Shown here: in pieces, positions 1-10,753 of the stretch
Layout: each line of letters begins with the position of its first letter
How positions within the stretch are numbered: the stretch's first letter is position 1
Assembly: GCA_022510765.1 (NCBI GenBank)
Contig: JAFLSU010000008.1
Coordinates: 1,991-65,990, forward strand
Origin: Christensenellaceae bacterium
GTDB taxonomy: Bacteria > Bacillota > Clostridia > Christensenellales > CAG-138
Length of the DNA: 64,000 bases
Reading direction: 5' to 3'
Notes under the pieces: model-generated
Seen by the model: the letters and a program-made list of their open reading frames with translations, nothing else
The model's database searches: none
Told to the model about the DNA's origin: nothing
Program-made: the position numbers and the translations under genes

Positions 1-420
1 CACTTGGATTTTCATCCGCTAAAGGATGATAGGATGCTTGCTTTGCTCCCGGAGAACCACCCGCTTGCAAAACGAGATGCCCTGCCTTTGAAAGAGATCA
101 CGAATCTTGATTTCATCATTCCGGGCGAAGGCTCGAAATACGACATTGGACATATCTTAGCGGACGCGGGCATCAGCCCTAGGGTGCGGTTCACCGTAAG
201 CGACGACTACGCAGCGATCGCCATGGTGAGAAACGGCCTTGGCATGACCATTGTCCCAGAGCTTATCCTGACGGGGCTTCATGATACTGGACATGTAATG
301 GAGCTTCATCCGGCATGTGCGCGCACGATCGGGATAGCTACTTATCCAAACATCGCGATTTCCCCTGCTTGCAGGGCGTTTTTGGACTTCGTGCGGGTCT
401 GGGCTAATGGGTTGGCATAA
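1..420 (+). CDS. LysR-family regulator, C-terminal substrate-binding domain (5' truncated by window edge)
   Basis: HPLA...L...FI, AMVRNGLGMTIVPE and SPACRAFLDF are typical LysR substrate-domain motifs. Confidence 0.85.
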   Translation, partial: HLDFHPLKDDRMLALLPENHPLAKRDALPLKEITNLDFIIPGEGSKYDIGHILADAGISPRVRFTVSDDYAAIAMVRNGLGMTIVPELILTGLHDTGHVMELHPACARTIGIATYPNIAISPACRAFLDFVRVWANGLA

Positions 421-541
421 ATACGGTCTGCTGATCCTTGAATTTTAATTACTGCATTGACTTTGTTTTTTAATTATATAGGCAAGGCATTCATATCGAG
501 GTGCAGTTAAACTGTTTTTGATGGAGGTGTCATCGATTAAT

Positions 542-1999
542 ATGAATAGGACGGTAAAGGTTTTTGCGCTGATGCTCTGCATGATTTTGCTTTTAGGTTT
601 CGGTGCAGTGCCCACATCCGCAAACTCGGTCCCGAAATTTTGGTCAGGTTCTACCGGCATGGGTGCAATTATTGCTGATGAGGATTGTCCCATCGTTGTG
701 GAAAATGAGCTGCTGACCTTTGATATTCATGAGTTCCCTGAGCGTGATTATGAACAAACTCAGGACTTTTTAGAATATTCAGCATTCGTTACGGCGCAGT
801 ATACCTTTTATAATCCGGCTGATTATACCATAATTGCTACGCTTGTTTTTCCGTTCGGGAAACTGCCCTCATACGGAAACGGTTACTCCTTTTGGGATTC
901 GAAGCTTGGGATGTATGTAAACGTCAATGATACCGATAAATACGATATAACCATCAACGGTAATGTGATTGAAAAGACCCTACGGCATACGCTGATGCCA
1001 ACAGGAGCAAGCTTTGAGCTTGAAGAGGACCTTGGAAGGCTATGCGATGGGTATATTGACGATCCGTTTTTTAGATCCGATATGCCCGTCACAAAGTATA
1101 CATATTCTATCAGTGGTATCGATGATGAATATGATGCCGCAAACGCAGCATTCGATCTTGCAAAGTTTGACGGAAAAACGAAGCTTTTGTTTATGGAATT
1201 AAGAGGTACTCATGTGCAGAAGAATAAGTCCTGCCGCATCAGCGCATGGGTGAAAAACGGAAGCAACCTCACCCTGTATGCAATCGGCGAACCTTTGAAT
1301 GGAGATCCGCAATGGAAGTTTTACGAGAACGGCGGAGTTAAAGATAAAGAGGAAATTGAGGGTTCTGCAACGCTCGTATCCACCGAAGAAATGACCTTTG
1401 AAGAGTTTGTGCTTAAAGCATATGTCGAAGAATCGGACATACTCGCATCGGACTGGTATAATGCGATGGTGATGGATCTAAACAGGAACGAAAGCAAATA
1501 TGGCGTTGTTTCCCGCTCTGATAGCGGTTTTGATCTTTCCCACTCGCTTATGCGCTGGTACGAATATGAGATAACCCTTGCCCCGGGCGAAAGGCTCGTG
1601 AACGCTGTTACTGCACCAATGTACCCTTCAATAGACGGATACTGGGACCCAAATGTTTATGATTACACATACCTGCTGTCCCCTGCGCAGAAATGGTCTG
1701 AATTCGGTTCGCTCGAAATAGTAATCAATACACCTTTCTTTGTTACCGAAAGCAGCTTGGGCGATTTTGAAAAGACCGACAGCGGATACAGGCTCGTGCG
1801 TGACGGTCTTCCCTCGGGAGAACTGAAATTTTCGCTTTGCTCCGTAGAAAACCCGAAAAAAGATTCTAATTGGAGCAGTATCCTCTTTTTGATCATCTTC
1901 ATTGGTTCTCCCATCATTATCATTGTCGGTGTAATTTTCCTTATTGTCTTTGGAATCGTTTGCTTAATACGAGGTATTAAGAGCAAAAAACGAATCTAA
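542..1999 (+). CDS. Hypothetical exported protein with C-terminal membrane anchor
   Basis: GGAGG upstream of ATG 542 (ORF track starts at 518); signal-peptide-like N-terminus; long hydrophobic C-terminal helix followed by KSKKRI. Confidence 0.75.
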   Translation: MNRTVKVFALMLCMILLLGFGAVPTSANSVPKFWSGSTGMGAIIADEDCPIVVENELLTFDIHEFPERDYEQTQDFLEYSAFVTAQYTFYNPADYTIIATLVFPFGKLPSYGNGYSFWDSKLGMYVNVNDTDKYDITINGNVIEKTLRHTLMPTGASFELEEDLGRLCDGYIDDPFFRSDMPVTKYTYSISGIDDEYDAANAAFDLAKFDGKTKLLFMELRGTHVQKNKSCRISAWVKNGSNLTLYAIGEPLNGDPQWKFYENGGVKDKEEIEGSATLVSTEEMTFEEFVLKAYVEESDILASDWYNAMVMDLNRNESKYGVVSRSDSGFDLSHSLMRWYEYEITLAPGERLVNAVTAPMYPSIDGYWDPNVYDYTYLLSPAQKWSEFGSLEIVINTPFFVTESSLGDFEKTDSGYRLVRDGLPSGELKFSLCSVENPKKDSNWSSILFLIIFIGSPIIIIVGVIFLIVFGIVCLIRGIKSKKRI

Positions 2000-2195
2000 G
2001 GAATCGGCTGTACCCAAAACGAAGCGGGGTGCAGCTTCATTGTACGCATAGATTTTTTAACTGTCTGCATAATTCCGTTATTTGTGCATATCGTTTATCA
2101 GGTATCCGAAGATATGAAGAAACTGTCCTTTCACATTTTCGGATATTCTCCAAATCCATACGGTCTAATTTTCAGCCCGAAGAAAGGAGCTTTGC

Positions 2196-2603
2196 ATGGC
2201 AAAGCATGGTAACACGACAAATAACGGCACAAAAACAGCGGTTAATCCCATCATATCGATACTGAAAAGCGCGTTGATCGCGCTGCTGTGCAGCATGGTT
2301 TTGATCGTTATATCCGCACTTTTGCTGCAAAAACAAATTTTGGAAATCGACAGCATTCGCATAATCAACCCTGTCATCAAAGCTGCAAGCTCCTTGATCG
2401 CCGCACTTATCGGAGTAAGATGCTTTGAGAATAAAAGCTGGCTGTATGGAGCAATTAGCGGCATCGTTTATGTTGTCTTCTCGTTCGCAGTGTTTTCCAT
2501 ACTTACAAACGATTTTTCTTTCAACACCGGCACCTTTATAGACCTTCTTATGTGCGGCTGCGCAGGTATGGTTGGCGGCATACTGCATCGTTTGTCGAAA
2601 TAA
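2196..2603 (+). CDS. TIGR04086-like four-TM membrane protein
   Basis: Four hydrophobic segments with a WLYGAISG motif; sits directly upstream of the SCIFF precursor as is usual in Clostridia. Confidence 0.7.
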   Translation: MAKHGNTTNNGTKTAVNPIISILKSALIALLCSMVLIVISALLLQKQILEIDSIRIINPVIKAASSLIAALIGVRCFENKSWLYGAISGIVYVVFSFAVFSILTNDFSFNTGTFIDLLMCGCAGMVGGILHRLSK

Positions 2604-2617
2604 CTCTTAACTCGGTA

Positions 2618-2646
2618 TTGAAATCAGGCATCATATGTAGTATAAT
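2618..2646 (+). promoter_or_regulatory. Sigma-A promoter for scfAB
   Basis: TTGAAA-17 bp-TATAAT, followed by GGAGG and ATG 2679. Confidence 0.75.
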
Positions 2647-2678
2647 CATTATATTATGAACAAATGGAGGAGCTATCC

Positions 2679-2822
2679 ATGAAACACATCACCAATATTA
2701 AACCCGCATGTATCAGGAACGATGCATCCACCGGATGCGGCGAATGCCAGGCTTCCTGCCAGTCCGCCTGCAAGACTTCCTGCACAGTTGCGAACCAGAA
2801 GTGCGCTAAATCTTCAAAATAA
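2679..2822 (+). CDS. scfA: SCIFF (six-Cys-in-45) ranthipeptide precursor, 47 aa; absent from the ORF track
   Basis: Hand translation MKHITNIKPACIRNDASTGCGECQASCQSACKTSCTVANQKCAKSSK; GGAGG RBS; TAA overlaps the ATG of the radical SAM gene. Confidence 0.95.
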   Translation: MKHITNIKPACIRNDASTGCGECQASCQSACKTSCTVANQKCAKSSK

Positions 2823-4156
2823 TGATACACGCATTCGCATACCGTGATGCTTTTCTCGTTCTTGATGTTGAAAGCGGTGCGATCCATAAGGTGGACGAGC
2901 CCACATACGAGATAATCAGGGCTATGGAATTGGGCAACGATATACATGCGTTGCCCTATTCAAATTCATTGATAAATGACGTGCTGGATGAGATAGATGA
3001 GCTTCGTAAGGCCGGACAGTTTGACTCCCTCACCCCTTCGGCTCCTAAGCGAACCGCCGAGTTTTCACCGATCAAATCTATGTGCTTGAATATTGCTCAT
3101 GACTGCAATCTCCGATGCGCATATTGCTTTGCGGAAACCGGCGAATTCCATGGCGGCAGGATGCTTATGCCGCTTGAAACTGCTAAGGCCGCGCTGGATT
3201 TTTTGATTGCGCATTCGATGGGACGGCATAACCTTGAGGTCGACCTGTTCGGCGGAGAGCCGCTGATGAATTTTGATGTCGTTAAGTCTGTAGTCGCATA
3301 CGGGCGTGAGCTTGAGAAAAAACACGATAAGTGCATTCACTTTACCATCACCACGAACGGTGTCGCACTTGATGATGAGATTATAGAGTTCATTAATAAA
3401 GAGATGTTCAATCTCGTCATCAGCATCGATGGGCGAAAGCAGGTTCACGACGCGCTTCGAGTGACGCCGAACGGCAAAGGGTCATATGATATCATAGTTC
3501 CAAAGGCGCAGGAGCTCATTAGGCTTCGCGGCGACGGTGAGCATTATGTACGCGGAACCTTTACCGCAAAAAACCTTGACTTCACCGAGGATGTCCGTGC
3601 TCTCACCGATCTTGGCTTTGAACAGATCTCCATCGAACCCGTGGTACTGCCCGCCGATGATCCATGTGCGATAACGGAAGAAAACATCGACCGTGCACTT
3701 ACCGAGTATGATAGGCTTTCAGACTTTGTACTTGAACGCCGCAGCGAGGGCAACCCCTTCAATTTCTTCCATTTCATGATCGATCTCGATGATTCGCCCT
3801 GTCTCTCCAAGCGCAGTCTCGGATGCGGCGCAGGCGTTGAATACGTTGCAGTCGCACCCAACGGCGATATATATCCCTGCCACCAGTTTGTAGGCAATAA
3901 GGATTTTCTGCTCGGCAACGTCCATAATGACGAACTTGACAACGAGATCCGAAACAGGTTTGCTGGCTGCAATATATTCACCAAGGAAAAATGCTCAAAA
4001 TGCTGGGCTAAGTATTATTGCAGCGGGGGCTGTGCCGCGAACGCCAATAACCTTAACGGCAGCATCATGAACCCGCCTGAAATAAGCTGCAAACTGCTCA
4101 AAAAACGCACCGAGCTTGCAATAGGCATGGAGCTGCTCGGGGACTGCTCGAATTGA
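2822..4156 (+). CDS. scfB: SCIFF radical SAM/SPASM maturase
   Basis: CNLRCAYC motif, FGGEPL, SPASM Cys cluster (CGAG...YPCHQF...CSKCWAKYYCSGGC). Confidence 0.95.
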   Translation: MIHAFAYRDAFLVLDVESGAIHKVDEPTYEIIRAMELGNDIHALPYSNSLINDVLDEIDELRKAGQFDSLTPSAPKRTAEFSPIKSMCLNIAHDCNLRCAYCFAETGEFHGGRMLMPLETAKAALDFLIAHSMGRHNLEVDLFGGEPLMNFDVVKSVVAYGRELEKKHDKCIHFTITTNGVALDDEIIEFINKEMFNLVISIDGRKQVHDALRVTPNGKGSYDIIVPKAQELIRLRGDGEHYVRGTFTAKNLDFTEDVRALTDLGFEQISIEPVVLPADDPCAITEENIDRALTEYDRLSDFVLERRSEGNPFNFFHFMIDLDDSPCLSKRSLGCGAGVEYVAVAPNGDIYPCHQFVGNKDFLLGNVHNDELDNEIRNRFAGCNIFTKEKCSKCWAKYYCSGGCAANANNLNGSIMNPPEISCKLLKKRTELAIGMELLGDCSN

Positions 4157-4259
4157 TTTAACCGTCACAAAATTTGATGGAGCATTCGTCTCTTCATTGG
4201 CTGTCTCATAGTCGGGCTAGTAATCCATAGATTTAACGGCTATTGCGGAGGAAACGGAT

Positions 4260-6746
4260 TTGATTATTTATGAAAAATCAAAATATTTCTCTGCCGAAAC
4301 GGATGGGGACAACCGCTTGGGTCTATCCCCACTCCTAATTCGTGCGCTTCGCGCGAGGGGCGCAGTCACGGATGATGAGATCAACCGTTTTTTAAACCCC
4401 TCCCCCGCCTTTTTTCATGATCCGTATATGTTGCCGGATATGGAAAAGGCTGTTTCCCGCATACGTTCCGCTATTTCTATCGGAGAGAAGATATGCGTAT
4501 TCGGAGATTATGATGTCGATGGCATCTGCGCAACATCGATGCTTGTGGACTTTTTCCGTTCCATAGGTGCCGATGTATGCTATTACATACCTTCGCGTCG
4601 GGACGAAGGTTACGGAATGAGCCGCAGCGCCGTGGAAAGGCTGAAGCAATGTGGTGTGGAGCTTGTGATAACCGTCGATAACGGGATTTCCGCCTCTTGT
4701 GAGGTGCAGTACTGCATTGAATGCGGCATTGATGTTATCGTAACAGACCACCATATCCCTCCCGAAACGCTGCCCGTCTGTACTGCCGTTGTCTGCCATA
4801 CCGTCCCCGGCAGCAATTACCCGAATCGAATACTCTGTGGAGCCGGTGTCGCTTTTAAGCTGCTTCATGCACTTGCGGGTTTGGATACCGCTATGCGCTA
4901 TGTAGCACTTGCAGGACTGGCCTCCGTTGCCGATGTTGTTCCTCTGCTCGATGAAAACCGTATCTTAGTTAAGCTTGGCCTCGAGGCAGTCAATGCGGGC
5001 GATTGCTGCGTCGGCTTAAGACGCCTTATTGCAAGCATTCCAACCGCAAAGATGCCTTATACCGTCTGTAATCTTGGCTTTTCCGTCGCGCCACGGCTCA
5101 ATGCATCTGGCAGGATGAGTGATGCTTCGCTTGCCGTTGAGCTTTTCCTTTCAGCGGATATTGAACGGATCGATGAAATCATTGCGGAATTGAATAGATT
5201 GAACGAATGCAGGCAGCAGCAGGAGGCTGAAATACTGAATTCCGCCATCGAGATGGTTAGTCATATAAACCTCGCTGAGACACGCGCCATCATCCTTAAA
5301 TCCGCAGATTGGAACTCGGGCGTAATAGGCATCGCAGCGTCACGCATATCCGAGATGTATCATCGCCCTGCAATACTCTTTTCGGAGAGCGACGGAGTTC
5401 TCAAAGGCTCTGCCCGTTCCATTGACGGAATCAACATTCATGATGCGCTTACCTTTACAAAAGAATTATTTCTTAGGTTTGGTGGACATGCTAAAGCAGC
5501 CGGTGTAACGATCGAGTCGTCTCATTTCGAAGCGTTTGTGGAAGAGTTCAATCGTCATTTAGCCGATGTATACGATGACAAGCTCTTTGTCCCGCGCAAG
5601 AGCTACGAATTCGACATTGCTCTCTCGGGTATCACTCATGAACTTGTCAAAGAAATATCCCTGCTTGCCCCCTTCGGTGAGGGCAATCCGTCCCCCATCT
5701 TCCACGCATCCGAAGTGCGCATATCCCATCTGCGCAGGTTTGGCTGCAATGCTCAGCACATGCGAATGGATGTGAGGGACGGTTTTCGATGCCTTGAGGC
5801 GGTGTGGTTCGCCTCTGCAAGCAGCTTTGACAGACTCATGAATGCGGACACCACCGAAATGCTGTTCACTCTCAGTATCAACAACTGGAATGGGCAGTCC
5901 AATCTTCAGCTCAGACTGCTTTCTGCCAAAGCGGAATTGCCTTCCGAGCCTTCTGAGTATGTAGAAAAAAGCATGGCGCGGTTCTGCAGCGCACTTATTG
6001 AGAATTGCGCATTATCCGAATGCGTTTCGGAATACTCGTGTGATGAAAGCACCGCCTGCTCAGCTCCGCAGAGCATTGAAGTTTGCCTTGACGAAATAAG
6101 CAATCATTGTATTTCGGGCATGATGATACTCGTTTTCACCATTGATGGAGCAAAGCGTATCATTGCCGATATGCGGGAACGCGATATAGGAAATATTGAG
6201 ATTTGTTTTGGGCTCATTCCCGATTCACCGGTACACACAAATACGGTAGTTATCGCACCCATCATTTCCGCCCTGCCCGAAAATGGTTTCAATCAAATTC
6301 TATTCTATGATCTGCCGCCAACGCCTGAGGTCTATTCACTCGTTGCACAACGTTTTTTGAATAAATCGAAGAGCCGTTCGAACGAGGAGCCGCGTATTTC
6401 AAACAAAACCCGTTTCTTTATCAATTTCGATGCTCGCGGCGAATTTGGCCAAGTCGCTTGCCTTTTTGATTGCAGAAGAGAATTCATGGTATGCTGCTAT
6501 CGCAGAACCCTTTCCATGCTGTCGTTACGCTGCTATTCCTTTGAAGAACTGTCTGCAAGGCTGAGCGAGGAAATGCAGGTGCCGCTGTATCAGGTTGAAT
6601 TCGCACTTCGAGTATTCTTTGAGCTGGATTTCATCGCGTTCAATCGAAACGGCTCGATCTCTACAGTGGAGAACGTGCGCTGCACTGCCCTAACCAACAG
6701 CGCACTGTATCGAAGGATTTCAAAGCTACAAAACTATACAAAATAG
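4260..6746 (+). CDS. recJ: ssDNA exonuclease RecJ with long C-terminal extension
   Basis: GDYDVDG, ITVDNG, TDHH, PRLNASGR and GGHAKAAG DHH-family motifs. Confidence 0.95.
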   Translation: MIIYEKSKYFSAETDGDNRLGLSPLLIRALRARGAVTDDEINRFLNPSPAFFHDPYMLPDMEKAVSRIRSAISIGEKICVFGDYDVDGICATSMLVDFFRSIGADVCYYIPSRRDEGYGMSRSAVERLKQCGVELVITVDNGISASCEVQYCIECGIDVIVTDHHIPPETLPVCTAVVCHTVPGSNYPNRILCGAGVAFKLLHALAGLDTAMRYVALAGLASVADVVPLLDENRILVKLGLEAVNAGDCCVGLRRLIASIPTAKMPYTVCNLGFSVAPRLNASGRMSDASLAVELFLSADIERIDEIIAELNRLNECRQQQEAEILNSAIEMVSHINLAETRAIILKSADWNSGVIGIAASRISEMYHRPAILFSESDGVLKGSARSIDGINIHDALTFTKELFLRFGGHAKAAGVTIESSHFEAFVEEFNRHLADVYDDKLFVPRKSYEFDIALSGITHELVKEISLLAPFGEGNPSPIFHASEVRISHLRRFGCNAQHMRMDVRDGFRCLEAVWFASASSFDRLMNADTTEMLFTLSINNWNGQSNLQLRLLSAKAELPSEPSEYVEKSMARFCSALIENCALSECVSEYSCDESTACSAPQSIEVCLDEISNHCISGMMILVFTIDGAKRIIADMRERDIGNIEICFGLIPDSPVHTNTVVIAPIISALPENGFNQILFYDLPPTPEVYSLVAQRFLNKSKSRSNEEPRISNKTRFFINFDARGEFGQVACLFDCRREFMVCCYRRTLSMLSLRCYSFEELSARLSEEMQVPLYQVEFALRVFFELDFIAFNRNGSISTVENVRCTALTNSALYRRISKLQNYTK

Positions 6747-6766
6747 AACCGTGGAGGTTTACTGTC

Positions 6767-7291
6767 ATGATGAACGAAAAGGAACTTAAGGAAACCATAC
6801 GCAGCATACCCGATTTTCCAAAGCCCGGAATACTTTTCCGAGATATTACCACCTTGCTTAAGGATAGGGTCGCCTACGAATCGCTCATACATTCTCTTGC
6901 GGACTCCCTGCGCGAACTGGATGTAGACATTGTAATCGGCCCCGAGGCGAGAGGATTCGTAATCGGCTCAGCGGTCGCCTACGCCATAAACGCCGGCTTT
7001 GTTGTAGCGAGAAAACCCGGGAAGTTGCCGTGCGAGACCTGCAAAATAAGCTATGGCCTTGAATACGGCGATGACTGCCTTGAAATACATGAGGATGCCA
7101 TTGAACCCGGTCAGCGAATAGCAATCGTTGACGACCTTCTCGCGACCGGAGGAACCGCATTAGCGACCATAAAGCTTGCCGAGGACATGGGGGCGACGGT
7201 CGTTGCTGCCGCATTTGCGATCGAGCTTTCCGATCTGAACGGACGCGAACGGCTCGATGGACACAACGTTATCTCCGTAATCAAATACTGA
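6767..7291 (+). CDS. apt: Adenine phosphoribosyltransferase
   Basis: IPDFPKPGILFRDITT, EARGF, VDDLLATGGT. Confidence 0.97.
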   Translation: MMNEKELKETIRSIPDFPKPGILFRDITTLLKDRVAYESLIHSLADSLRELDVDIVIGPEARGFVIGSAVAYAINAGFVVARKPGKLPCETCKISYGLEYGDDCLEIHEDAIEPGQRIAIVDDLLATGGTALATIKLAEDMGATVVAAAFAIELSDLNGRERLDGHNVISVIKY

Positions 7292-7353
7292 TAAAAGCAT
7301 CAAAGAATAATTAGTAGAAATAATTAGATAGAACGGTTTACCATGGAGCGTCT

Positions 7354-9528
7354 ATGGACAGACTCATAGCTGCATGTGAACGGAAGTTCACTCAGGATAA
7401 AATTGAATTGGTAAAAAAGGCCGTTGACTTCGCTAAAACGGTTCACGCTGAGCAAAAGCGTGAATCCGGCGAAGCATACTATATCCACCCCGAGGCCGTC
7501 GCACTTTTCCTGCTTGAAATGGATTTGGATGCCGATACGGTCATTGCGGGGCTGCTTCACGATACCGTCGAGGATGGTCACGGTATAACCGTTGAGCAAA
7601 TATCAGCCATGTTCGGCAAGGACATAGCGCGAATGGTTGACGGCGTTACAAAGCTTACTAAGAGCAACATTTCGCATATGCTTTCGCGTGAGGACAGGCA
7701 GGCTGAAAATCTTCGCAAGATGTTCCTCGCTATCGCAAACGATGTGCGCGTGGTCGTGATTAAGCTCGCTGATCGCCTTCATAATATGCGTACCCTCGGC
7801 TATTGCAGCAAGGAAAAGCGCATACGCAAAGCACAGGAAACCATGGAGGTTTATGCGCCTTTAGCTGACAGATTCGGTATGGGTGCCATAAAAATCGAGC
7901 TTGAGGATCTTTCCTTCAGCTACCTCATGCCCGTGGAATGCCGCAGGCTCCAATCGCTTATCGAACCCAAGCAGGAGGAGCGCATGGCATTGCTCAAAAC
8001 GTCAATGCGCCGCATCGAGACTGCCCTCAAGGAAGCCGGCATTAAGGCGGATGTCAGCGGAAGAAGAAAGCATATTTACAGCATCTATCGCAAGCTCAAC
8101 ATAAAAAAGGTCGGTCTCAACGAGATTTACGACTTGGTCGCCTTGCGTGTAATTGTCGATTCGATCAAGGATTGTTATGGTGCGCTCGGCATAATTCATT
8201 CAATTTGGAAGCCGTTTCCGGGCAGATTTAAGGATTATATCGCGATGCCCAAAACGAATATGTATCGTTCGCTCCATTCCACGCTTTTCAGCGAACACGG
8301 TATGCCGTTCGAGGTTCAGATAAGGACATGGGAAATGCACCGAACTGCCGAATACGGCATCGCCGCACACTGGATGTATAAGGAAGGGCGCACCGAACAG
8401 GATAATCTCGACAGTAAGCTTGCATGGCTGCGCCAGCTTGTAGACTACGATTCCGATGCTGGCTCAACCAAGGAGTATGTCGATAATGTCCGCCAGGATT
8501 TCTTCACGGACTATGTATTCGTACTCACTCCGAACGGCGAAATAATCGATATGCCGCTCGGCTCCACCCCAGTTGACTTTGCATACCGCATACACACCAA
8601 TGTCGGCAACCACACCCAGCACGCAAGGGTAAACGGCGCGTTGGTAAAGCTTGATTACAAGCTTAAAACCCATGATGTCGTTGAAATATTGACGAACCCT
8701 CAGGCCGCCCCGAACAGGGATTGGCTTAACTTTGTTAAAACTTCACAGGCAAAATCTAAGATCAAGCAGTGGTTTAAAAAGTCCAATCGTGAAGAGAACA
8801 TCGAGCGCGGACGCGAAATGCTTATAGAAGCAGCCCGCAGGCAGGGACAAAAGTTTGCCGATATTTCAAAACCCGAATTCTGTCAGGCCATGCTCAAGCG
8901 CATGGGGATGACATACATGGACGATGTTTATGCGGCCATAGGTTATGGGGGCTTCACCACAGGACAGATCCTTCACAGGCTCATGGATGCCTATCGCAAG
9001 GCGCAAAAGGAGGAGGAGCTTGCACGCAAGCTCGAACAGAACGAGCAGGCTCCCGGTAAAAGCTTCGACGCAAGCGGTCGTGCCGTCATCGTGAAGGGTG
9101 AAGCCAATATGGTCGTGCGCTTCGCGCAATGCTGCTCTCCCCTGCCCGGTGATGATATTTTCGGCTATATCACCAGAGGACGCGGCGTTTCCATCCACAG
9201 CAAGGATTGCGCCAATGCATCAGCACTGCTTAGCGACAGCGATCGCATTATTGACGTATCATGGGCGGATGAAGATAACGCCAGCTTCCCGGTCACGATT
9301 CACATCCTTGCCAAGGAGCGAGTAGGGCTTCTGATGGATTTGAGCCAAATGTTAATGAATATGAAGATAAATCTCCGCTGCATCAATGCGAGAGCCGTCG
9401 AATCAACCGAAGAAGTCGATGTTTCCATGAGTTTCGATGTACAGAATGCAGTTCATCTTCAGAACATCGTGCGCAACCTGATGAAGGTCGACTCAGTTGA
9501 AGAAGTATCGAGGGTAAAGTCAACATGA
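7354..9528 (+). CDS. relA: Bifunctional (p)ppGpp synthetase/hydrolase Rel
   Basis: HD hydrolase motif (LLHDTVED), KLADRLHNMRT, synthetase (YRSLH, EVQIRT), TGS and ACT domains. Confidence 0.95.
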   Translation: MDRLIAACERKFTQDKIELVKKAVDFAKTVHAEQKRESGEAYYIHPEAVALFLLEMDLDADTVIAGLLHDTVEDGHGITVEQISAMFGKDIARMVDGVTKLTKSNISHMLSREDRQAENLRKMFLAIANDVRVVVIKLADRLHNMRTLGYCSKEKRIRKAQETMEVYAPLADRFGMGAIKIELEDLSFSYLMPVECRRLQSLIEPKQEERMALLKTSMRRIETALKEAGIKADVSGRRKHIYSIYRKLNIKKVGLNEIYDLVALRVIVDSIKDCYGALGIIHSIWKPFPGRFKDYIAMPKTNMYRSLHSTLFSEHGMPFEVQIRTWEMHRTAEYGIAAHWMYKEGRTEQDNLDSKLAWLRQLVDYDSDAGSTKEYVDNVRQDFFTDYVFVLTPNGEIIDMPLGSTPVDFAYRIHTNVGNHTQHARVNGALVKLDYKLKTHDVVEILTNPQAAPNRDWLNFVKTSQAKSKIKQWFKKSNREENIERGREMLIEAARRQGQKFADISKPEFCQAMLKRMGMTYMDDVYAAIGYGGFTTGQILHRLMDAYRKAQKEEELARKLEQNEQAPGKSFDASGRAVIVKGEANMVVRFAQCCSPLPGDDIFGYITRGRGVSIHSKDCANASALLSDSDRIIDVSWADEDNASFPVTIHILAKERVGLLMDLSQMLMNMKINLRCINARAVESTEEVDVSMSFDVQNAVHLQNIVRNLMKVDSVEEVSRVKST

Positions 9529-9971
9529 AGGCAATTGTTCAAAGGGTATCCGAATCCACCGTTGTCATCGAAGGGGATTGCGCCCGAAAAATCGGATCAG
9601 GACTCACGGTGCTTATCGGCATCGAACCGGACGACGGTGCTTCGGATGTCGATTATATCGTTAAAAAATGCTTAAATCTGCGCATATTCGAGGACGAGTT
9701 CGGCAAAATGAACCGCTCGGTGCTTGACTGTGACGGCGAGATCCTATTGGTATCCCAATTCACCCTGCTTGGCGATGCGCGGAAGGGCAACCGTCCAAGC
9801 TTCATCGGTGCGGCAAGACCCGAAACGGCGATCCCCCTTTATGAAAGCGTTATTGCAGCGTTGCAGAAGAGCGTGCATGTTGAAACGGGTGTTTTCGGAG
9901 CCGACATGCAGGTATACATTGTAAACAATGGCCCCGTTACTATACTTCTTGACAGCAAGAAGCTATACTGA
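9525..9971 (+). CDS. dtd: D-aminoacyl-tRNA deacylase
   Basis: SQFTL, GNRPSF, FGADMQV..N.GPVT. Confidence 0.97.
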   Translation: MKAIVQRVSESTVVIEGDCARKIGSGLTVLIGIEPDDGASDVDYIVKKCLNLRIFEDEFGKMNRSVLDCDGEILLVSQFTLLGDARKGNRPSFIGAARPETAIPLYESVIAALQKSVHVETGVFGADMQVYIVNNGPVTILLDSKKLY

Positions 9972-10066
9972 GGCATAAAACTGATATTTTTGTATTTTTA
10001 CCTTTCTTTCAATGTTGTAACACCGATTGGAAGAAACACGGCTATGGTGCTGAAAGGAAGCATTAA

Positions 10067-10720
10067 ATGAACATTCTCTCCGTCCCGACCGGGCCGCTCT
10101 CGGTCAATACGTACATAGTTTTTACTGACGAGGCCGCCAAAAAAGGCGGTGACTGCGTTGTTATCGATCCCGCGAATTCAAAAAAAGTACTTGATGAGAT
10201 GGCAAAGTACAAATTGCATTGCTCTCACATATTGCTCACGCATGGACATTTTGACCATATCATTGGAGTTGCGGGATTAAAGGAGCATGAAAACGCAACC
10301 GTGATGATCCATTCACTCGATGCGGCTGCTCTTTCGGACAGTTCTGTAAACCTTGCAATGATCTCCGGTGCGCTCGTAAGACCTTGCGAGGTTGATATTC
10401 CGCTAAAGGATAACGACCGCTTTACGGCAGCCGGAATGGATTTTCGCGTTATACATACCCCCGGCCATACCCGTGGCTGCGTATGTTTTGTCATGGAGGA
10501 TGAAAAGGTAATATTCTCAGGCGATACGCTGTTTCGCCTGAGCGTTGGACGAACGGATTTTCCGGGCAGCAGCACCGAGCAACTCTATGAATCCATACTG
10601 TATCGTCTATTCACGCTTCAAGGGGATTATCGGGTCTTACCGGGACACATGCGCGAAACGACGCTCGATTTTGAGCGCAAACACAATCCGTTCATGCGCA
10701 ACGGCGGTTTGGACTATTAA
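10067..10720 (+). CDS. MBL-fold metallo-hydrolase (glyoxalase II-like)
   Basis: THGHFDH, HTPGHT, SGDTLF. Confidence 0.9.
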   Translation: MNILSVPTGPLSVNTYIVFTDEAAKKGGDCVVIDPANSKKVLDEMAKYKLHCSHILLTHGHFDHIIGVAGLKEHENATVMIHSLDAAALSDSSVNLAMISGALVRPCEVDIPLKDNDRFTAAGMDFRVIHTPGHTRGCVCFVMEDEKVIFSGDTLFRLSVGRTDFPGSSTEQLYESILYRLFTLQGDYRVLPGHMRETTLDFERKHNPFMRNGGLDY

Positions 10721-10753
10721 ACTCTGCATTCATTATGCAGCGGGGGGTGCGAC

